The translations under genes were made by a program, and so were the position numbers. The notes beneath the pieces are model-generated. The model saw only the letters and a list, made by a program, of their open reading frames with translations, was not told the origin of the DNA and did no database searches. Positions 58,586 through 64,000 of a stretch of DNA of 64,000 nt are shown in pieces. Positions within the stretch are counted from its first letter, which is position 1. Every line of letters begins with the position of its first letter. This DNA comes from a virus (Duplodnaviria > Heunggongvirae > Uroviricota > Caudoviricetes): the IMG/VR virus record IMGVR_UViG_3300027007_000013; one strand, given 5' to 3'.

Positions 58586-61576
58586 ATGAGCCAACCAGAC
58601 AGTAGTGTGCGCCTCCCGAAGAAGCAAACAACGGGAGCCACGCTCGAAGACCGACTGACAGAGAACGCGTACCAGCGGATTATTCCACAGCGATACCTCA
58701 AGAAGGACGAGAACGGTGTGCCAACGGAGGAGCCAGAAGACCTGTTCGAACGCGTGGCGAAGAACATCGCCATCGCTGAGGCGATCCACACGGACGAGAC
58801 GGTGTGGATAGAACCCAGGCACATCAAGCCCGACCACCCGCGACGCGAGGACCTGATCCGCGAGGTATTCGACGACTACGGCATCGCTGATGCCGAGGGC
58901 ATGGAGCCGACCACGGAACTGGACGAGGAGAACGCCAAGTGGGTCTCCTACGATACAATCATCGACGACCTCGACACTACCACCAGAAGCGTCGTCGAGG
59001 ACACGAAAGAGCGGTTCCAGGATCGTATGGAGCGTCTGGATTTCATCCCGAACAGCCCCACCCTCGCCAACGCCGGCGACGAGCTCCAGCAACTCAGCGC
59101 ATGTTTCGTGATGTCCCCGGAAGACGACATCGCTGACATCCACGACACGCTTCGTGATGCTGCGCTGACGTTCCAGTCGGGAGGCGGCGTTGGGTATGCG
59201 TTCAGCTACCTTCGACCCTACGGTGACCGTGTCGGCTCGACTGGTGGTATCGCATCGGGCCCGCTCACGTTCATGCGGACCTACGACCAGATGTGCCGGA
59301 CGATCGCCCAGGGCGGGATGCGCCGCGGCGCGCAGATGGGTGTGATGCGAGTCACGCACCCTGACGTGATCTTCTTCATCCACTCGAAGAACAAGGACGT
59401 CTCACTCGCGCAGGCCCTCCGTCTGAACGACCCGAAGGACTACGTAAACTCGTCGTACGGGGAAGCCCTCGAAGAAGCCCGCGACACACTCGAGCGGTTC
59501 ACTGACGACGAAGGACGTCTCGAACCACACCTCCGAAACGCTGTCGAGGCACAGCTCGCCAACTTCAACATCAGCGTGACGGTCACCGACGACTTCATGC
59601 TGGCCGTGGAGAACGACGAGCTCCACACGTTCATCAACCCGCGCACTGGACAGCCCCACATCGCGACCGAGGAGACCAAAGAGATGTACGAGTGGTTCGA
59701 CCTGGGTCACCACGTCACTGTGGGAGAGCCACTACGTGTCCCGGCTCGCGAGATCTGGGATGACATCATCGAAGGTGCGCACGAGAACGGCGAACCAGGG
59801 GTGCTGTTCATCGACAGTGCGAACGCGGACCACTCGTTCCCGACGGAATCGACGCCGACATGGCGCGACGACGATCAGTTCGAGATGTCGACGACCAACC
59901 CCTGTGGCGAGCAATGGCTCATGGAGAACGAGGCGTGCAATCTGGGCCACATAAACCTCTCGACGCTTGTGGCCGAGGATGCACCCGACTGGCGAACGTA
60001 CCTCGACACATACGGCGCCCCGAGTGGGTACGAACCCGACCGGTCTGAGATGGCATACGTCGTTGGTGATTTCCTCGAGAAAGCCATCGACTGGGAGGAG
60101 CTCGACGCCCGCGTCGACGACGGCGTTCGGTTCCTCGACAACGTCGTCACCATGTCGTCATTCCCCACCCCGGAGATCGAACAGACAGTACGGGATAACA
60201 GGAAGATAGGACTCGGGATCATGGGACTGGCCCAGATGTTCGTGCAGATCGGGACCAAGTACGGGAGCGATGTCTCGAACGAAGTGACCAGACAGGTGAT
60301 GCGCCACATCAACCAGCGGTCGAAAGACGCATCGCTACGTCTGGCTGACCAGCGTGGGTCGTTCGAAAACTGGGAGCACTCGAAGTACGCCGACCCGACC
60401 GCCCACACAGACTGGTTCGAGCGCCAGACTGGAGAGGCGGCCGACGTCTGGGAAGATGGCTACCCGATACGGAACCACAACACGACCACAGTGGCGCCGA
60501 CTGGGACAACTGGAATGATCGGAAACACGAGCGGTGGATGTGAACCGATCTTCGGTGTTGCACACTTCAAAAACGTCTCTCAGGACATCCAGGGAGACGA
60601 GCAGCTCGTTGAGTTCGACGACTATTTCCTCCGTGTCCTGGAGGCTAACGACGTCGACGTCGAAGCGGCGAAGACAGAGTGTCTCGAGCAGATGCAAGCC
60701 AACGAGTTCGAGGGTGTGAAGGGGCTCGAAACGGTCCCGGACGAGATCGGCGAGCTATTCGTCACCACGGACATGCTCAGTGGCCTCGAGCACGCGTCTG
60801 TCCAGTGTGCCGCCCAGGAGGGCGTGGACAGTGCGATCAGCAAGACCGTCAACTTCCCCAACAGCGCGACCAAACAGGACGTGCAGGAAGTGTACGCGTA
60901 CCTGTGGAGCCACGGAGCCAAGGGAGGAACGATCTACCGCGATGGGTCCCGTTCGAAGCAAGTGATCTCAACCAGAGCTGATCACGGAGACGTGGCCGGC
61001 GGAGAGCCCATGTCGCGAGAGGACGCTGAGGCTCGAATCGACGAGCTCGCAGAGGAACACGGTATCCCACTGGCCGCCGCTGAGCAACCCGCTACTGGTG
61101 GTATCGAGCTGGCTGAGCCGGGCAAGGTTCTGTCTGCTCGACGCGAGCGCATCAAGACGGGATACGGGAACATGTACGTCAACATCGGGTTCGACGACGA
61201 GGGTCGCCCCATCGAGACGATCTGCAACATCGGGAAGTCGGGCGGGTTCACCAACTCGATGGTCGAGGCCATCGGCAAACTGTCGTCGCTGGCACTCCAG
61301 GCTGGCGTTCCAGCCGAGGAAGTAGTCGAGAAACTCGACGGCATCTCCTCGCCGGACATCGGGTTCGACGATGGTGAGCAGATAGCCTCACTCCCGGACG
61401 GTATCGCCACCGCACTTCGTCGTGCGGTCGAGGCCGAGAGTGAAGCGACACTCGAGATCAAAGCCCACAACGATCACAACCCGAACGAGGAGTCCTGTCC
61501 GGACTGTGGCGGCGACGTCGTTTACGACGGTGGGTGCCCGAAGTGCGCCCTCGAGTGTGGTTGGTCGAAGTGCTGA
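58586..61576 (+). CDS. nrdJ: ribonucleoside-diphosphate reductase, adenosylcobalamin-dependent (class II)
   Basis: 996 aa; active-site NPCGEQ; C-terminal CPDCGG...CPKCALECGWSKC zinc ribbon. Confidence 0.85.
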   Translation: MSQPDSSVRLPKKQTTGATLEDRLTENAYQRIIPQRYLKKDENGVPTEEPEDLFERVAKNIAIAEAIHTDETVWIEPRHIKPDHPRREDLIREVFDDYGIADAEGMEPTTELDEENAKWVSYDTIIDDLDTTTRSVVEDTKERFQDRMERLDFIPNSPTLANAGDELQQLSACFVMSPEDDIADIHDTLRDAALTFQSGGGVGYAFSYLRPYGDRVGSTGGIASGPLTFMRTYDQMCRTIAQGGMRRGAQMGVMRVTHPDVIFFIHSKNKDVSLAQALRLNDPKDYVNSSYGEALEEARDTLERFTDDEGRLEPHLRNAVEAQLANFNISVTVTDDFMLAVENDELHTFINPRTGQPHIATEETKEMYEWFDLGHHVTVGEPLRVPAREIWDDIIEGAHENGEPGVLFIDSANADHSFPTESTPTWRDDDQFEMSTTNPCGEQWLMENEACNLGHINLSTLVAEDAPDWRTYLDTYGAPSGYEPDRSEMAYVVGDFLEKAIDWEELDARVDDGVRFLDNVVTMSSFPTPEIEQTVRDNRKIGLGIMGLAQMFVQIGTKYGSDVSNEVTRQVMRHINQRSKDASLRLADQRGSFENWEHSKYADPTAHTDWFERQTGEAADVWEDGYPIRNHNTTTVAPTGTTGMIGNTSGGCEPIFGVAHFKNVSQDIQGDEQLVEFDDYFLRVLEANDVDVEAAKTECLEQMQANEFEGVKGLETVPDEIGELFVTTDMLSGLEHASVQCAAQEGVDSAISKTVNFPNSATKQDVQEVYAYLWSHGAKGGTIYRDGSRSKQVISTRADHGDVAGGEPMSREDAEARIDELAEEHGIPLAAAEQPATGGIELAEPGKVLSARRERIKTGYGNMYVNIGFDDEGRPIETICNIGKSGGFTNSMVEAIGKLSSLALQAGVPAEEVVEKLDGISSPDIGFDDGEQIASLPDGIATALRRAVEAESEATLEIKAHNDHNPNEESCPDCGGDVVYDGGCPKCALECGWSKC

Positions 61577-61695
61577 TCGCGTAGACTCACCGTTTTTCGG
61601 ATAGCTTGAAACCAAACGAGTGGAAGCCACTCGTGTATGAAAACACTCTTAATCTGATAGTACCAAGAATGTGATAACGCCTCCCCAGGTGTCAC

Positions 61696-62505
61696 ATGGA
61701 CAAAGAAACAACGGAAGTGTCGGCCCACACCAACTGGGTCCACCCGCAGCTGCGAAACGCGGGCTTCGATATCTTCGACGTGGAGGGGTACAGTCTGGAC
61801 GAGGACGCGGATTCGGTCGAGCTGTTCATCGACCGCCGGAGAGTCCGCGACGTCCGAGGGTACAACGCTGGCCGAGTCTGGCGCGAACTACAGCAGACAG
61901 TCGACGATACAGAACTGGAGGCGAAGGAGCGGCTCGCCACGCGCGCAGGCTGTGACTACGTCGTCGCGGTCTATGACGACAAACGCGTCCGAGTGTACCG
62001 AGTAGACAGCCAGGGTGTCGAAACGATCACCGAGGAACTGTCCTTCCCCGAGTTCGGTGTCTGGGTGTTCAGCCACAACTCGACGACCGAGCTCGGTAAG
62101 GAGTTCATCCACGACGACGACTTCCCGACGCTGGACGCGGCCCTGAGACAGAACGGGACGCCGTGGCCGCCGAACCTCGATGGGTTCTGGTACGACGATG
62201 ATGGGGTGCAGTGTCTCATCGAGTATCAGACCACGAACGTCACGTCCCCGGCGAATCACTCGAACAACCGCTATTTCTCACAGGACCACGGCCGCTGGAA
62301 ACACCTCTGGGGGCTGGCACAGGCGCTCGACCTCCCGCTCGTGATCGTCGTCTGGTCGCCCAACGAGAAGTACCAGAACGAAGTGAAGGTAAAGATCGTC
62401 CACGAGGTCAACTTCAGCGGTCGTGACCGCGGCCTGTCTTACTCCAGTGTGCAGCTGCTGGAGCCAGCGCAGGTGAGTGACGAGATCCGGATGGTGGCCC
62501 AATGA
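61696..62505 (+). CDS. hypothetical protein
   Basis: 269 aa. Confidence 0.5.
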   Translation: MDKETTEVSAHTNWVHPQLRNAGFDIFDVEGYSLDEDADSVELFIDRRRVRDVRGYNAGRVWRELQQTVDDTELEAKERLATRAGCDYVVAVYDDKRVRVYRVDSQGVETITEELSFPEFGVWVFSHNSTTELGKEFIHDDDFPTLDAALRQNGTPWPPNLDGFWYDDDGVQCLIEYQTTNVTSPANHSNNRYFSQDHGRWKHLWGLAQALDLPLVIVVWSPNEKYQNEVKVKIVHEVNFSGRDRGLSYSSVQLLEPAQVSDEIRMVAQ

Positions 62506-62870
62506 CGTTCGAGTACCAGCACGCCCGGGCCGACCGGGTCGTCGACGGTGACACGATCTGGATGACAGTGGATGTTGGGTTCTACCAGTACGTGAAGATC
62601 CCGTTCCGACTCATCGACGTCGATACGCACGAGATCCACTTCGTTAGCCACGATAGCGAGGAGTACAAGCAGGGAATGGTGGAGAAACAGTTCGTCATCG
62701 ATTGGCTCACTGAAGCTGAGCTCGGTCGTGGCGACTGGCCGCTGGAGCTGATCACATACGGCACCGGAAAGTACGGTCGGTGGTTGGCCTACGTCAAGCG
62801 CAAGAGTGACGGCGCGATCCTGAACGAGGACCTGCTCGACGCGTTCGACGACATTCGGTACGGTGAGTGA
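62502..62870 (+). CDS. staphylococcal-nuclease-like thermonuclease
   Basis: RVVDGDTI, RLIDVDTHE and GKYGRWLAYV match the SNase catalytic and calcium-site motifs. Confidence 0.65.
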   Translation: MTFEYQHARADRVVDGDTIWMTVDVGFYQYVKIPFRLIDVDTHEIHFVSHDSEEYKQGMVEKQFVIDWLTEAELGRGDWPLELITYGTGKYGRWLAYVKRKSDGAILNEDLLDAFDDIRYGE

Positions 62871-63129
62871 GATGGGGCGTGAGAGCGTACCGGTCAGTCG
62901 TCGCGACCTGCTGATCGCCCTGGGCGCCGGGTCCGTAACACTGGCTGGCGACTTCGTCAGAACGAGAACGACAGTCGTTGGGGACGAGTGTGAGCCAGTG
63001 ACGGTGTGTACACCCACCGGATACGGTGACTGTGGCTACGGTGAGGGTCCCTTTGGCGGAACCGACCCGAGCGCCGACTTGCTCGGCTACAGTGAGGGTG
63101 GGTACGGGACCGGAGGATACGGCGGATAG
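62863..63129 (+). CDS. Gly/Tyr-rich secreted protein with a twin-arginine signal
   Basis: SRRDLLIALGAGSVTLAG is a Tat-type motif. Confidence 0.45.
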   Translation: MSEMGRESVPVSRRDLLIALGAGSVTLAGDFVRTRTTVVGDECEPVTVCTPTGYGDCGYGEGPFGGTDPSADLLGYSEGGYGTGGYGG

Positions 63130-63132
63130 GCG

Positions 63133-63166
63133 CACGTACATATACACACGCACATATGTACGTGCA
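63133..63166. repeat. 34-bp palindrome, copy 3 of 3 identical, between convergent genes
   Basis: identical to 7274..7307. Confidence 0.9.
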
Positions 63167-63171
63167 GGGTT

Positions 63172-63726
63172 TTAGAGCAGGTTGTCGACGACAGTTAGTG
63201 TTCGGGTGGTGAGTTCGTCGAGCCCACGATTGTTTTGTACGACGGCGTCTGCACGCTGGAAGTAGTCCCTGACCCCCGCATCGTGCTCGCGATCGGTCCG
63301 TTCGCGCAAATATCGAGCACTGTCGATGGGGTCCTCGCCCCCTTTCCCCCTACCCTCACGGGTTGCAAACCACCTAACACGGTCGCCGAAGGTCGCGTCG
63401 ACCCACACAACGTGTGCCTCAATGTCTAACTCGGCCGCGAGGTAGTCAACTTCGGCGGGATTCCGGGTCCCTTCCAGGACAACGACATCGGACTCGTCGA
63501 GATGCTCGCGGATGGGGCCGGTGCAGGGAACGGCCACTCCATACTCACCATGCTCCTCTCTGAGAGCTTCGGCGTAGGCCCACACTTCATCCTCGTCGCT
63601 CGACTCCATGGCTTCTCTGAGCGTCTCACCCATGCTCACGACTGGAAACCCCTGTTCTCCCAGGAGTTGAGCGGCTGTGCTTTTCCCACTTGCCGGATAT
63701 CCCGCGAGTGCTATGATAGTCATCAT
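63172..63726 (-). CDS. P-loop nucleoside/nucleotide kinase-like protein
   Basis: Walker A IALAGYPASGKST; likely start at the internal MM rather than at 63771. Confidence 0.55.
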   Translation of the reverse strand: MMTIIALAGYPASGKSTAAQLLGEQGFPVVSMGETLREAMESSDEDEVWAYAEALREEHGEYGVAVPCTGPIREHLDESDVVVLEGTRNPAEVDYLAAELDIEAHVVWVDATFGDRVRWFATREGRGKGGEDPIDSARYLRERTDREHDAGVRDYFQRADAVVQNNRGLDELTTRTLTVVDNLL

Positions 63727-63902
63727 GATATGTAATATATCCCGAAACAAGAACATTGCGCTCACTACCACCAGAAGCGTTTGATTGTGCCCCGTCTATC
63801 CGGGTGAGGTGACCCGAGTATAACAAATATATTCTCGATTGTATCTGTTCAAAGAGTAGTTACGAAAACTGGTATATATGTTCGTGCGTGTTTGACAACT
63901 TG

Positions 63903-64000
63903 ATGGGTGACCCACAGACCGCCGAAATCCTTCTCGACACCCCCGAGGTAGTCGTCGAGACGGCTGCGGACGGAGATACCGTCGAGAGCGTCAAGCTCGT
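63903..64000 (+). CDS. hypothetical protein, N-terminal fragment
   Basis: ATG after a TATATAT box; the ORF runs off the window. Confidence 0.3.
   Translation, partial: MGDPQTAEILLDTPEVVVETAADGDTVESVKL

Noticed and set aside
1-64000. Provirus integration (integrase plus att sites)
   Set aside because: No tyrosine or serine recombinase motif was recognised in any ORF. The tRNA-like fragments alone do not prove integration, so viral versus proviral status is left open.

Overview
This 64 kb window is GC-rich (~60%) and carries about 110 tightly packed, often overlapping genes, almost all on the + strand. It reads as the early, DNA-metabolism and packaging region of a haloarchaeal tailed virus or provirus, of the kind seen in HF1/HF2- or HVTV-like myoviruses. 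That placement rests on highly acidic proteomes, haloarchaeal-type TATA promoters set ~28 bp before leaderless ATGs, and a Bat-type HTH_10 regulator; no database search was possible. Features and findings follow, in window order. Recognisable genes by location: left end, an XRE-family HTH regulator, an HNH endonuclease and one minus-strand 1172-aa N6-adenine methyltransferase (type IIG/PglX-like). Middle, 8.9-28 kb: an array of small acidic-protein cassettes, with a GHKL-type ATPase carrying an HExxH motif embedded in it. Around 34.8-42 kb: a packaging block of terminase small and large subunits, portal and a MuF-like protein, followed by a C39-like peptidase and a nucleotidyltransferase with hexapeptide repeats. 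Right end: an SPFH/band-7 protein, ThyX, a pair of TGT/DpdA-like transglycosylases, MazG, a class II ribonucleotide reductase (NrdJ), an SNase-like nuclease and a P-loop kinase. No rRNA, complete tRNA, CRISPR array, integrase or transposase was recognised. The most unusual content is non-coding and repetitive: (1) a ~19-copy promoter plus 5' start-codon-hairpin module with compensatory base changes, heading each cassette of the 8.9-28 kb array; (2) a 9-17-mer, CACTACCACCAGMAGCG, that occurs 31 times against ~0.5 expected; (3) a 34-bp palindrome family; (4) three tRNA-like acceptor/T-arm minihelices at gene 3' ends; (5) two iteron clusters; (6) conserved terminator-like cassette boundaries.
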